Positions 1-9,665 of a stretch of DNA of 31,549 nt are shown here, piece by piece; position 1 is the first letter of the stretch; each line of letters opens with the position of its first letter. The notes below the pieces were generated by a model. The model did no database searches, was not told the origin of the DNA, and was given only the letters and a program-made list of their open reading frames with translations. Source of the stretch: Clostridia bacterium (GTDB taxonomy: Bacteria; Bacillota; Clostridia; UMGS1883); contig JBJDXJ010000043.1 in NCBI GenBank assembly GCA_051866635.1, positions 1 to 31,549 on the forward strand, given 5' to 3'. The position numbers were made by a program, and so were the translations under genes.

Positions 1-16
1 GGCATTGCCTTTTTTG

Positions 17-46
17 AACCACGCCACTATGGCGTGGTTTTCGTTT
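17..46 (+). terminator. Rho-independent terminator-like hairpin for a gene upstream of the window
   Basis: AACCACGCCA-cta-TGGCGTGGTT perfect 10-bp stem followed by TTCGTTT. Confidence 0.6.
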
Positions 47-50
47 ACAC

Positions 51-97
51 AAAAAAACAAATCAAAACAGGGGTGATTGCACTTTTGCAATCGCACC
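51..97 (-). terminator. Probable terminator of the HipA-like kinase gene
   Basis: GTGATTGCA/TGCAATCGC stem (73-94) just past the stop at 103, followed on the minus strand by T-rich runs. Confidence 0.5.
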
Positions 98-102
98 TTC
101 AA

Positions 103-1140
103 TTATCTTTCTATTTGCTTATATCCGTTCATAATAAAATTAAGCACAAGATTTGTCTTAACACGCATACCAACTTTTTTGATACCTCTCTTTATTAAAG
201 CTTCATTTACCTCAGGTATATATTCCTTCAATCTTTCATCGTATTCTATCAACTCATTAAAAAGCTTTACGAGTATGTCATCCTTACGATTTTTATTTTT
301 AGGATATCCGCGAGAAATCAGTGCCATATTGTTATCAAAATTTGGTGCCAATCCCATTATCTTTCCACTTGTCACATCTCGAAGCACACCAAAGTTAAAT
401 GTGTGCCTGTCAGGGTTTGCACATATTGTGTCCAAAAACAACATCTTTACATAATCGCCTATGGCATCTGGACATAAATCTTTTAGAGCGTTCAATGTTT
501 CAATATAGTCTTCATTATCCCCCATAAAGCTGAACATCGGTTCAAAGTTAACACTTGCGTTATCCGTAAAGTCCTTCGTTTTAATAACGCCTTTTCCTCG
601 TTCATATTCAGCCATATTAAAGCCAAGCTCTTTACCCAGAAGGCAAATGAAAAGCTCAGAGAACATTTCCTCGTAATTGGCCTTTTTATGCATCCACCAC
701 TTACCATCAGTCACCTTCCAACACTTTTCAAAGCTACCAATATTGGTAAGTTCAGGGGTTTTAGATTGTTTGGAATTTGCAACACGGTTAAAACTGTCAT
801 AGCTACCCGTAAGTGCAAGCGATGCAAAATAGTCATTATCAAAACGAACATCATCGTAAGTAAGGTCAGAGTCAAGAGGCTTTATCCAGTATGAATCCGT
901 AATAGTCACCGCATTCACAGAAACAACGGTGGAAACATCATCCTTCGCTGTAAGTCTCAATGCCTTTTTGAGAAGTCTTACATTAGCCCTGCGAGAATCT
1001 GCAGCCCTGGAAACCAACCACTTTTCAACATCGTTATATTTTCTAAAGTATATCGGCAAAAGGTTATTATTTAATATTTCAAGATTATTATCCTGCCATG
1101 CAGCAACCGCTTCGTCACGACTCATAATATAAAAATCCAT
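103..1140 (-). CDS. HipA-like (HipA C-terminal/CtkA-type) Ser/Thr kinase
   Basis: Gly-loop/Lys segment TNIGSFEKCWK, catalytic loop NPDRHTFNFG, LAPNFDNN. Start taken as ATG 1140 (ORF track 1149). Confidence 0.75.
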   Translation of the reverse strand: MDFYIMSRDEAVAAWQDNNLEILNNNLLPIYFRKYNDVEKWLVSRAADSRRANVRLLKKALRLTAKDDVSTVVSVNAVTITDSYWIKPLDSDLTYDDVRFDNDYFASLALTGSYDSFNRVANSKQSKTPELTNIGSFEKCWKVTDGKWWMHKKANYEEMFSELFICLLGKELGFNMAEYERGKGVIKTKDFTDNASVNFEPMFSFMGDNEDYIETLNALKDLCPDAIGDYVKMLFLDTICANPDRHTFNFGVLRDVTSGKIMGLAPNFDNNMALISRGYPKNKNRKDDILVKLFNELIEYDERLKEYIPEVNEALIKRGIKKVGMRVKTNLVLNFIMNGYKQIER

Positions 1141-1243
1141 ATCGCACATCCCAACACCAATCTATAAGGCTACATTATCATATGGAAACATCTTTTTCAA
1201 CCACAAAACAACAGCAGGGGCAACCTTTCAGTCACCCCATTAA

Positions 1244-2491
1244 TCAATAACAAGCACTAAACGCAGGTCGCATATATTCTATAGCACCCCTACTAAGTCC
1301 ATATTTCACAGCAAGACTTTCCCAGTTTTCTCTAACCGTCTTGGTTATATTATCAGCCACTTTCGTTGCTTCTTCTATCGAAAGTCCAAAATAGTGTGCA
1401 GACTCTATGGCAAGAGGAATTGAAATCGAATTATCATCAGAATTTACATTCAAAGCCAATTCTTCACCATATGGCGTAGGATTCACATCATACAAGGGCG
1501 AAAGTCGCCATCCTGCATCATCTAAAATAAACCCATGGTTTCTCAAATGGTCATCTGTATTCGATATAGCCATGCTAAACACAATGCGCATCCAAAGCTC
1601 TTTTAAATCTTTTCTCGGGGATGCCCCATAAGATTTTAAAAAGCTTACAATATCCAGATAGCTTGAACCATCCGATGACGATGCTCCATCCGTTTTGCCA
1701 AGCATGGTCATGGCAGATGCAAAGTGTATTCGTCTTTCTCCGTCACGGTCAAAGCGTTTTACAAGGAAAGTACTGCCGAGCTTAGAAAAAGTCTCAACCT
1801 TGGATTCGGGCACATTCAAAGTGCACAGTTTAGCCAAATCATGAGCCACCTTTTCCCATGCTCCTGTATTAAATTCATCATTCTTCGATGGAAATTTTGC
1901 AATCCAAAGATTACCATCAGTATCTTGAATTGTTGCTTTTGGTCTTGCCCCACCAAGGGAAGATCCGGGTTTCAATAATTGATTAAGCCACTTTTCATTA
2001 AGTGCATTTTCTTCATTTTCAAAGTTTCGAGATGCTTCCTCCAAAGTTCTCAGTGTTGCCCAAGGCGGAGCCGCTGTTTCTTTATCGTCAGACAAAAATG
2101 CTCCGTTTTCATCGTCTTTGAATCTGATTGCACCCATTCTGGTTTCATCATAAACGCCCAGAAGATAATCACCTGCAGTCAGTTTCCTCGGTTTGCGCCC
2201 CTCTTTCTCTGCATAAATGCGTTCGCGCCGTTGCATCAGAACTCGTCCCCAACGGTCGGGCGAAGAGTCTGCAAATATACCAAAAATATCTTTTCTAACA
2301 GGGTATTGTCTGCCGGAATACATTTGCAAGTCAGGGTCTATCACATATTTCAGGTTTGTTTTTGAAAGCCACTCCCTGTCAAATTCAAAAGAGAAATTCT
2401 CTGTGCCTCTGCCCGCTTCAACATACAATCTTCCCATTAAATCAGGCTCATCAGAATTAAAATTTTCATAAACATAAATAGTTTTTTGCAT
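1244..2491 (-). CDS. hipA: Type II TA toxin, HipA family kinase
   Basis: N-terminal FADSSPDRWGR, GSSLGGARPKA loop, WIAKFPS, FLVKRFDR, NTDDHLRNHGF, LSPLYDVNP; AAGGAGG SD. Confidence 0.93.
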   Translation of the reverse strand: MQKTIYVYENFNSDEPDLMGRLYVEAGRGTENFSFEFDREWLSKTNLKYVIDPDLQMYSGRQYPVRKDIFGIFADSSPDRWGRVLMQRRERIYAEKEGRKPRKLTAGDYLLGVYDETRMGAIRFKDDENGAFLSDDKETAAPPWATLRTLEEASRNFENEENALNEKWLNQLLKPGSSLGGARPKATIQDTDGNLWIAKFPSKNDEFNTGAWEKVAHDLAKLCTLNVPESKVETFSKLGSTFLVKRFDRDGERRIHFASAMTMLGKTDGASSSDGSSYLDIVSFLKSYGASPRKDLKELWMRIVFSMAISNTDDHLRNHGFILDDAGWRLSPLYDVNPTPYGEELALNVNSDDNSISIPLAIESAHYFGLSIEEATKVADNITKTVRENWESLAVKYGLSRGAIEYMRPAFSACY

Positions 2492-2533
2492 TAAGTTAAT
2501 CCTCCTTTAAGCGACTACCGAATAAAATGTGAA

Positions 2534-2857
2534 TTAGTCGGTAGTTGCTTTTGGTGCTCGTTTGCGAACAACCAGTTTTAAATCCTGAAGTGTTCGTCCA
2601 AATGTATCATCTTTTGCAACAAGCAACAAATCTTTATCCATGCCGCCAAGAGCGTGAAGAACTGCCGCATATATTCCGATGGCAACAGTCTTGTCGCCTT
2701 TTTCAACTTTCCATAATGTAGCACGGCTTATATCTGCCCTTTCTGCCACAAGCTCAACAGATAAATTCCTTCTCAGTCTTGCAAGTTTTATCTGTTCACC
2801 CATTTCTTTTAATATATCCTCTGTTCCGGGTAATATCCGGGCAGTCTTCTTTGCCAT
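2534..2857 (-). CDS. hipB: XRE-family HTH antitoxin (HipB-like)
   Basis: GEQIKLARLRRNLSVELVAERADISRATLWKVEKG is an XRE HTH; directly upstream of hipA; AGGAG 8 nt before ATG 2857. Confidence 0.85.
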   Translation of the reverse strand: MAKKTARILPGTEDILKEMGEQIKLARLRRNLSVELVAERADISRATLWKVEKGDKTVAIGIYAAVLHALGGMDKDLLLVAKDDTFGRTLQDLKLVVRKRAPKATTD

Positions 2858-2880
2858 CCCAACCACTCCTAACGTATATT

Positions 2881-2909
2881 ATTATATACATAAATGATGT
2901 TTTTGTCAA
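2881..2909 (-). promoter_or_regulatory. Consensus sigma-A promoter of hipBA
   Basis: Minus strand TTGACA (2909-2904), 17 nt, TATAAT (2886-2881). Confidence 0.85.
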
Positions 2910-2930
2910 TCTTAATAAACATTATCTTAT

Positions 2931-4451
2931 TTATATATTCCAGACAATCTCTACATTCCCATCGTTTTCTATGTAAATCTTGTCAATTAAAACTGATGCA
3001 ACGCCCTTCTTTTCCTCAAAGCTTGCAGTCTGCCACTTTTTCGATAGGTTGATAGCCTTTTTCACATCTACCTCATTTTCCTGCACTTCTTCAATTTTTT
3101 CAAGGATTTCAACCTTTCTTTGTTTCAGTGCAGTCGCTTTTTTACCAAGGATTGTCAAAAGGTCACTGTTTACATCGTCTTTCATAATTATCTCCGTCAG
3201 CTTATCTTCTTCCAGCTCCACAGCCTTTAACTTATTCCTCAGCTCATTTAAAACAGGCGGTATCGCCTTAGGCTTTTTTGTGCCTTTGATTTCCTCAAGC
3301 CTGAGTGCAATTTCATCGTACACCATATCTTCCAGACTTTTAGCATAAACAGTTGAAATTGGACCTCTGCACTTTAACTTATGGCTTCTGCCCGTGCAGT
3401 TAAAATACCGCCGTACCTCGCCACTCGTCACCGCACTTTTTATTGTGGTCATGGTTGAACCGCACTTCTTGCAAACCACAAGCCCGCCAAGCCAGCTTGT
3501 TTTATTTCCCGCCGAACGCCCTATCTGCTTATTTTTAACAATCTTCCTCTGGCACTTAAGCCATGTCTCACTGTCAATTATACCCTCGTGGCTCATAACC
3601 ACAACCTTTATATCCGACCAGTCTATGCTATCAGGATTATGTTTTGATAACCCGTACAACTGCAAACCGTGCACCCCATCAAAACCCTCAGGTTCACCAA
3701 TTATGTTGGCGTTCTTTTTCTGATAATATTCGTAAACATTGCTGTCAGCCCTTACGTATATGGGATTTTTCAAAATTGTTGACAACTTCGCTGTGGTCCA
3801 GTCACCGCCATCTGACGGCAGCATGCCAATTTCAACAAGGTTCTTCTGTAACCTCCTCAAAGTAACATTTTCAACTGCATATGTGTTATATATGTATCTT
3901 AGCTGTTCTACCTCGTCTATCTTTGCTTCAAGCCGCTTCGTCTTTATGTTGTTTATAACAGTCGGCACCAAATCGAACCCATATGGTCTTCTGCCTCCCA
4001 TATAAAACCCAAGACTGCTTCTGTGTTCATAAGCCTGACTAACGCGTTCTATGATAGAATTGCGTTCAAACTCAGCGAATACTGCCAAAATTTTCACTAT
4101 TAGCTCTCCATAAGGGCTTGATGTGTCGAACGCCTCCTGTGCTGAAACGAACTCCACGGAATGTTCTTTAAATGTATTTAATATATTTACAAAGTCTGCC
4201 AAACTTCTGCTTATTCGGTCTAAGCGGTAAACAACTACTTTGTTTATCTTCCCCTTTGTTATCTGCCTCATCATTTTCTTAAAGCCGTCTCGGTCTGTAT
4301 TTCCCCCGGAAAATCCGTTATCAATAAAAGTTACTACTTTCTCCTCTCGTTCTTCAGGTCTTAAGACAGCTTTGCAATACTCTATCTGTGTTTCACAGCT
4401 GATGCTATTCTCACGTTCAATGGATTTTCTGGCATAGATAGCTATCGCCAT
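2931..4451 (-). CDS. Large serine recombinase (resolvase + recombinase + zinc-ribbon domains)
   Basis: IYARKS catalytic Ser, DNGFSGGNTDRDGF, VYRLDRISRS, AEFER, PYGF, ILKNPIY, CKKCG...YFNC...C, C-terminal coiled coil; GGGGTGAGG SD before ATG 4451. Confidence 0.93.
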   Translation of the reverse strand: MAIAIYARKSIERENSISCETQIEYCKAVLRPEEREEKVVTFIDNGFSGGNTDRDGFKKMMRQITKGKINKVVVYRLDRISRSLADFVNILNTFKEHSVEFVSAQEAFDTSSPYGELIVKILAVFAEFERNSIIERVSQAYEHRSSLGFYMGGRRPYGFDLVPTVINNIKTKRLEAKIDEVEQLRYIYNTYAVENVTLRRLQKNLVEIGMLPSDGGDWTTAKLSTILKNPIYVRADSNVYEYYQKKNANIIGEPEGFDGVHGLQLYGLSKHNPDSIDWSDIKVVVMSHEGIIDSETWLKCQRKIVKNKQIGRSAGNKTSWLGGLVVCKKCGSTMTTIKSAVTSGEVRRYFNCTGRSHKLKCRGPISTVYAKSLEDMVYDEIALRLEEIKGTKKPKAIPPVLNELRNKLKAVELEEDKLTEIIMKDDVNSDLLTILGKKATALKQRKVEILEKIEEVQENEVDVKKAINLSKKWQTASFEEKKGVASVLIDKIYIENDGNVEIVWNI

Positions 4452-4495
4452 AAACCTCACCCCCTTTAAGGGAATATTAATTAATGTACCCGTTT

Positions 4496-4540
4496 GCGGT
4501 GCCCGGCAATGGCACATTTCATGTGCCATTTGCCGACCGC
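4496..4540. repeat. GC-rich long hairpin (REP-like or RNA structure) upstream of the recombinase
   Basis: Nested pairs GCGGT/ACCGC, CGGCA/TGCCG and ATGGCACAT-ttc-ATGTGCCAT. Confidence 0.65.
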
Positions 4541-4582
4541 AGCACAACCCTATGCATTCGCTCAATCATCCACCGGATGCGC

Positions 4583-4756
4583 TCATGCTCGGTTCCCTGT
4601 CGCCATCCCTTTTGAGAAAATCCTGTATAGGTCTTCTGCAATCTTATCTTCAAGCTCTCGCTTTTCGCTATCCGTTAAAATCACCTTTTTGTGGTAAACT
4701 TTTTTAGTTTCGTTCTTCAAGTCTGTATACTCTGTGGTTTTAAATAAATCTGTCAT
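4583..4756 (-). CDS. Small hypothetical protein (57 aa) upstream of the recombinase
   Basis: AGGAGG SD before ATG 4756; same orientation as the recombinase. Confidence 0.6.
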   Translation of the reverse strand: MTDLFKTTEYTDLKNETKKVYHKKVILTDSEKRELEDKIAEDLYRIFSKGMATGNRA

Positions 4757-4911
4757 GGAATAACCTCCTATATCGAGCCGCATATGGGTCTCTTATCTAT
4801 TGTTATGCTGTTATCGGTTATAAAAATAACGCTAATAAACTCACCATTTTGCTCTTATTCACATTATCAATTATATTTTTTCCACTATAATCAAAAATAG
4901 TGGAAGAAAGG

Positions 4912-4951
4912 AAATACCCATAGGAGTACTTCGCTCCTATGGGTGTTTTTT
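4912..4951 (-). terminator. Terminator of the res operon (possibly bidirectional)
   Basis: ACCCATAGGAG-tacttcg-CTCCTATGGGT 11-bp stem directly after the res stop, T-rich on both strands. Confidence 0.8.
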
Positions 4952-7900
4952 ACAAACTATTCATAACTTCAAGCAATTTCTGATAGCTATCCACCTCATG
5001 ATATTTCACATTATCCGTTGAAATTTCATTGAACAACCTCTTCGCACATTGAATCTTCGCTGCCTCAATCGGTCTTAAATCAAGACTGCTCATAGAGCCT
5101 TTTGTCTCGGCAATAAAACAAATGTGCTTCACTGTTCCCTCATAGAAAGCAATCGCCCAGTCAGGCGAATAATTTCCTACAGGGGTTGGAATATGAAATC
5201 CTTTCGGAAGTTTAGCGTATACACAAACCTCATCCGCATTATCTAAGTCTTCCGCAAATTGTCGTTCAATGCTAACTTCGGCACTACCGTCTGTAAACAC
5301 ATAATCCTGAATATGCTTCTTAGCCTTAAATGCCTTTGAGAAATCTTTTCCGATTTTTTCCGCAGTAAAGATTGCGTTATTATATGTTCCTTCAATCTGA
5401 TTGTACGAAATATCCGAAACTATCGCTGTAGCTTTTTGTTCACGAATAAGCCTTATAACCTTTGAAATAAATTCTTCAGGGTTATATTTAAACATCATAA
5501 GCTTGTCTTCGCGAATTCCTTTAAGAATAGCCGCCACGGTTTTTCTTGTGAGTGTTGTACCTTCAGCTATTTTTCCTATGAGGTCATACTTAACGCTACT
5601 CATTTCAGAATGTTCAAGTGTGCGAGTTTTTGACTTCTCGGTTTCAAAGGATGCACCTCTCTCAACCTCGTACTGGTTCATCTCATCCTTCTGCTCACCA
5701 ATTGTGGTGGTATATTGCAACTGGGATATAAAGAGCTTTTCATCTATGTGGTCAATAGATTTTTTAATAAGCTCTTCCGAATCAAAGTGTGCCGTATAAG
5801 CATATTTCTTGTTAATCTTATCCCACAATGCCTTAAACTCTTTCTTGCTGAAATTATCATTTAACGGATTATCCTTAACCTTTGTATCGTGGCCGTCTTC
5901 AAACATCTTTTCAAGCACGGAATCATCATATACAGCCTGAATAAGCATCTGGATACCTTCTGTCATAGGCTTCAAGATTTCCGGAAGCGGTGCAATCGTT
6001 CCCATCTGAGCATCCATACGATACTTATCCGTAATCTTTCTGTCCATATCCACATAACCGTTTGCGATAAGATAAAACTCAATAGTGTTCGCCATTTTAT
6101 CGTCAATAAGCGTCGGTACTCCGTCAACTTTAACATATTTGCCTTTGAAATACTCGTTTGTTGCAACTGTCGGTCTGTCGTAAAGAACCTCTTTAATATC
6201 TGCCTGCAAAGCTTTAACAAATTCCTTATAGCTGTCGCTGGCTATAACTGTAAGTTTGTTAATATCGTGTACCTGTTCGCCAAGCGTCTCACTATCCATT
6301 CTGTTACCGGACTGATTCACACATAAACGAAGTCCGCGACCAACTTCCTGTCTCTTCGCAGTTTGGCTGTCAGAATGTTTCAGCGTACAAATCTGGAACA
6401 CATTCGGGTTATCCCAGCCTTCACGGAGAGCCGAATGTGAGAATATAAATCTTGTCGGTTCTTTGAAACTGAGAAGCTGTTCCTTTCTCTTCAAAATCAG
6501 TTCATATGCTGAAATATCATCCGAAAACTCACTGCCACGCTTCAATTGACTGTTAATGCTTCTTCCGGTCTTTTTATCGATACTAAAATATCCATTGTGT
6601 ACCTTTGTTACATCAAAGCAAGTTTTTCGCAAATACTTCTGATACGGCGTGTCTTCCAATGTTGCATATTCGTTTAATACAGAAATGTATTCTTCTTCAA
6701 AAATTTTTCCGTATTCACCTAAAACCTCATCCCCGTTTTCATCATAATCACGATACTTGCAAACCTCGTCAATAAAGAAAAGGGAAAGTGTTTTAATGCC
6801 CATATTAAACAGCATTTCTTCTTTTTCAAAATGTGATGCTATAGTTTCACGGATTTGTATTCTTCTCATGTCCTTTTCAGAAACATCGCCTACAACATTT
6901 CCGGCGTAAATAACCTCACCGTTTACAAATGTTACACTGTTCCGAAGCGGGTCAATTTCAGAAATTGTGTACCCCTCCTTGTACTGCTCCATCTCTTGCG
7001 AAGCATTGTAAAGGTCATCATTTACACCCAATATTCTTGTTTCCCGATTTATGGACTTATTGTACCCAATTTCCAGTTCAATCTTTGCCATAGGCGGCTT
7101 TTTAGGCGAAAGTATAATCTTCTCTAAGAATAAATAACTATCTGTTCCCCTAAAGTTTTTAACCTCAAAACCTTTAACCTGTATCTTCTTTACAAGCTTT
7201 TTGTTAAACGCCTCAAGTGCATCCAATACATAAATAAGATTATTTTGCTTTTTATGCGTTGCAGAATAATTGAGTGCAAACAGCGGATTGAAGTTTTTCA
7301 GTGCCTTCTGTGTAACATCGCCACCCATCTTCTGCGGCTCGTCCAAAATTATAATAGGTCTGTTTGCCTTTATAACATCAATAGGTCGCCTCGACTGAAA
7401 CTCATCACGTTTGGAATAAATAATTCTCGCTTCTTTGCTCTTGCCGTCCTCTTTTAACGACGACGCAAACGCCTGTGTGTTGATAATCATTACGTTAATT
7501 CCGGCACTTGCTGAGAAATTGTCAATCTGATTGAGGTTTGCGCTGTTATAGATAAAGAACCTTGCTTTTTTACCGTAATGCTCCATAAAATGTTCGGCAG
7601 TAATTTCAAAAGTCTTTGCAACGCCCTCACGTATAGCAATGCTCGGCACAACAACAATGAACTTGCTCCATCCGTAACGCTTGTTTAATTCAAACATTGT
7701 CTTTATGTAAACATACGTTTTACCCGTACCTGTTTCCATCTCAATATCAAGACTGCATCTGCCCAAATCCTTAACCAATGCGGATGATAACTTAATATTG
7801 TTTTGGCTTTGTATATCACGAATGTTCTTCAACAGCAAATCATCAGAAAGGTATAGTTCTTCATTCTTATACCCTGTTTCATTTTCAAGGTCAATTATTT

Positions 7901-8072
7901 CACCATACTCGTCTGCCATCTTCATTGTGCTTTGCACAGGTCCCGTCTTCTTAACCTTTCCACGGTCACGGATATAGGATATTCCCTCATAATATCCCTG
8001 CCCTGCAAACACATTACAAACCGCTTCCACAGCATCAGTTTGATATTGTTGTATTTTAAAATTAAATTTCAT
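4950..8072 (-). CDS. res: Type III restriction endonuclease subunit Res
   Basis: IEMETGTGKT (Walker A), ILDEPQ, YSATH, ALREGWDNPNVFQIC, QEVGRGLRL, C-terminal YSPDWAI...IAETKG PD-(D/E)xK nuclease; GAGGA SD before ATG 8072. Confidence 0.95.
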   Translation of the reverse strand: MKFNFKIQQYQTDAVEAVCNVFAGQGYYEGISYIRDRGKVKKTGPVQSTMKMADEYGEIIDLENETGYKNEELYLSDDLLLKNIRDIQSQNNIKLSSALVKDLGRCSLDIEMETGTGKTYVYIKTMFELNKRYGWSKFIVVVPSIAIREGVAKTFEITAEHFMEHYGKKARFFIYNSANLNQIDNFSASAGINVMIINTQAFASSLKEDGKSKEARIIYSKRDEFQSRRPIDVIKANRPIIILDEPQKMGGDVTQKALKNFNPLFALNYSATHKKQNNLIYVLDALEAFNKKLVKKIQVKGFEVKNFRGTDSYLFLEKIILSPKKPPMAKIELEIGYNKSINRETRILGVNDDLYNASQEMEQYKEGYTISEIDPLRNSVTFVNGEVIYAGNVVGDVSEKDMRRIQIRETIASHFEKEEMLFNMGIKTLSLFFIDEVCKYRDYDENGDEVLGEYGKIFEEEYISVLNEYATLEDTPYQKYLRKTCFDVTKVHNGYFSIDKKTGRSINSQLKRGSEFSDDISAYELILKRKEQLLSFKEPTRFIFSHSALREGWDNPNVFQICTLKHSDSQTAKRQEVGRGLRLCVNQSGNRMDSETLGEQVHDINKLTVIASDSYKEFVKALQADIKEVLYDRPTVATNEYFKGKYVKVDGVPTLIDDKMANTIEFYLIANGYVDMDRKITDKYRMDAQMGTIAPLPEILKPMTEGIQMLIQAVYDDSVLEKMFEDGHDTKVKDNPLNDNFSKKEFKALWDKINKKYAYTAHFDSEELIKKSIDHIDEKLFISQLQYTTTIGEQKDEMNQYEVERGASFETEKSKTRTLEHSEMSSVKYDLIGKIAEGTTLTRKTVAAILKGIREDKLMMFKYNPEEFISKVIRLIREQKATAIVSDISYNQIEGTYNNAIFTAEKIGKDFSKAFKAKKHIQDYVFTDGSAEVSIERQFAEDLDNADEVCVYAKLPKGFHIPTPVGNYSPDWAIAFYEGTVKHICFIAETKGSMSSLDLRPIEAAKIQCAKRLFNEISTDNVKYHEVDSYQKLLEVMNSL

Positions 8073-8088
8073 AAGGCTTTCCTCATTT

Positions 8089-8210
8089 CTGCAAGTTACC
8101 GGCAAGTTAAAATTTCTCAACATATTGTGTTAAATCGCCTATACTACCACTTTATCCTGTGTTACACCTTGGCTTTTTCGAGGTTCCTGCAAGTTACCAG
8201 CAAGTTAAAA
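8089..8210. repeat. Two 24-bp direct repeats, each an 11-bp-period tandem of GCAAGTTA
   Basis: CTGCAAGTTACCGGCAAGTTAAAA (8089-8112) and CTGCAAGTTACCAGCAAGTTAAAA (8187-8210), one mismatch. Confidence 0.9.
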
Positions 8211-9656
8211 CTATGCCCATATCGGAATATATTTTGAATGTCTCGGTGCCGTATCCTCTAGCTTTTTCACATATTCTTTTTCGCAAGCTTCTTTGATCAA
8301 TCTCGAAATGCTGGCAGATGAAGAGTCTTCCAATCCAAATCTTTCTCTCAATGAGCTATTAGTCAAAAATTCTCCCTGTATATACTTTATACAAGCGTGC
8401 ATATAACAAGCCCAAAGCTTATCAGCTGGGGTTAAATCAAAGAAATTTGTTTGTGAAAATAACGTGACTTTTGTGTTCTCATCATAAATACGAATATGTG
8501 GCGTAGGAAGTTGCTGTAATTCGCAAGAGATTACAATTTTATCCCAACCCGTACCCAGCTCTTCACACATTCTCAATCTTCGCATCAATGATGCCAATTT
8601 TTCATTTCTTGATTTAGGCGGATTATCAATAATTCTGGCAACATCAACAAGTGGAATTCCCGGATTTGTAATTTCAATCCTATTGCTAAAGATTTCAACG
8701 ACTACGCCCGTACCTGTTATTGAAAAATCTTGATGTATCAGCGCATTCGCGACAGCTTCTCTTAAAGCAATTGTCGGATATGCCTGTTGCTTATGTCGTT
8801 TCGCCCCTTCTATAACTTCCTCTGAAGGCAGTAGTGCCTCTATAAATTTTAATAAACCGCCAAAACCCACAGCATACCCCTTGTTCCCAACATCCTCTTT
8901 TAACATCTCAAGCTTATTTGTTCCTCTATACTGTACAACGCGAACAGCCTTCCTTTCAAGTCTAGGGAAGTCAGAAAGTCGCTTTGCAAACAGAATCGCC
9001 CCCATATTCGTTATTGCATACAACCCATTATCCTGCCGCACCAAAATATCCTCTTGAGTCAGATAATGTACAATTCCTTCTAATTCCGTTGGAGTTGGTT
9101 CACCTTTTGCATCAAAATATACAGAAAAATCTAAAAAACGTACCGCTTCTTCTGCTGTTAAATCCTGTCTTGCAAATTGCTCCTCAAATCGGTTATTCCT
9201 AATTTTGTCCCATAACTGTGCTTGCATCTGCGGATAGTCACTCAATTTTTTGGTATAACTCCCTACTCTTATATAGTCAACCTTCTTAAAAGTAACTGTT
9301 TGATTGGTTGCCTTATATATTATGAGCACAACTACCTTTTTATCATTCATATAAATTGTTTTGAATTCAAATTCTGCATTTTTAGACACCAAAGTTCTTA
9401 GCCAATTTTCCAGTTCTTGGTTTCCCACTTTTAATGTGTATTGATCATACTCTGTTCCTACAATTTCATGGGTTTTATCATTCACTCCCCAAATCATATA
9501 TGCACAAGTTTTCTCTGCATATGTAGCGCCGTTGGCCAGTGCACTAATATCTTGACCAATCATCTCTGGGTCATAATTATTATGTTTAAATTCAAACCAA
9601 TTTGTTTCACTTTTATGTTCTCTCAATTTGTTAACTAACTTTTCCAAATTCTCCAC
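8211..9656 (-). CDS. Schlafen/AlbA_2 domain + HATPase_c_4 (RecG C-terminal-like) + C-terminal HTH protein
   Basis: ETNWFEFK, ISALANG, YMIWGVND, YIRVGS (AlbA_2); YPTIALREAVANALIHQDF, RIEITNPG, SRNEKLA, EELGTGWDKI; C-terminal TNSSLRERFGL wHTH. GTG start 9656 (or 9665). Confidence 0.88.
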   Translation of the reverse strand: MENLEKLVNKLREHKSETNWFEFKHNNYDPEMIGQDISALANGATYAEKTCAYMIWGVNDKTHEIVGTEYDQYTLKVGNQELENWLRTLVSKNAEFEFKTIYMNDKKVVVLIIYKATNQTVTFKKVDYIRVGSYTKKLSDYPQMQAQLWDKIRNNRFEEQFARQDLTAEEAVRFLDFSVYFDAKGEPTPTELEGIVHYLTQEDILVRQDNGLYAITNMGAILFAKRLSDFPRLERKAVRVVQYRGTNKLEMLKEDVGNKGYAVGFGGLLKFIEALLPSEEVIEGAKRHKQQAYPTIALREAVANALIHQDFSITGTGVVVEIFSNRIEITNPGIPLVDVARIIDNPPKSRNEKLASLMRRLRMCEELGTGWDKIVISCELQQLPTPHIRIYDENTKVTLFSQTNFFDLTPADKLWACYMHACIKYIQGEFLTNSSLRERFGLEDSSSASISRLIKEACEKEYVKKLEDTAPRHSKYIPIWA

Positions 9657-9665
9657 AGAAATCAC

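Noticed and set aside
4452-4565. Cys-rich N-terminal extension of the recombinase in the ORF track
   Set aside because: It is translation through the GC-rich hairpin; the SD and the catalytic YARKS motif place the start at 4451
8089-8210. Mini CRISPR array
   Set aside because: Only two repeats, a 74-bp spacer, internal tandem structure and no cas genes
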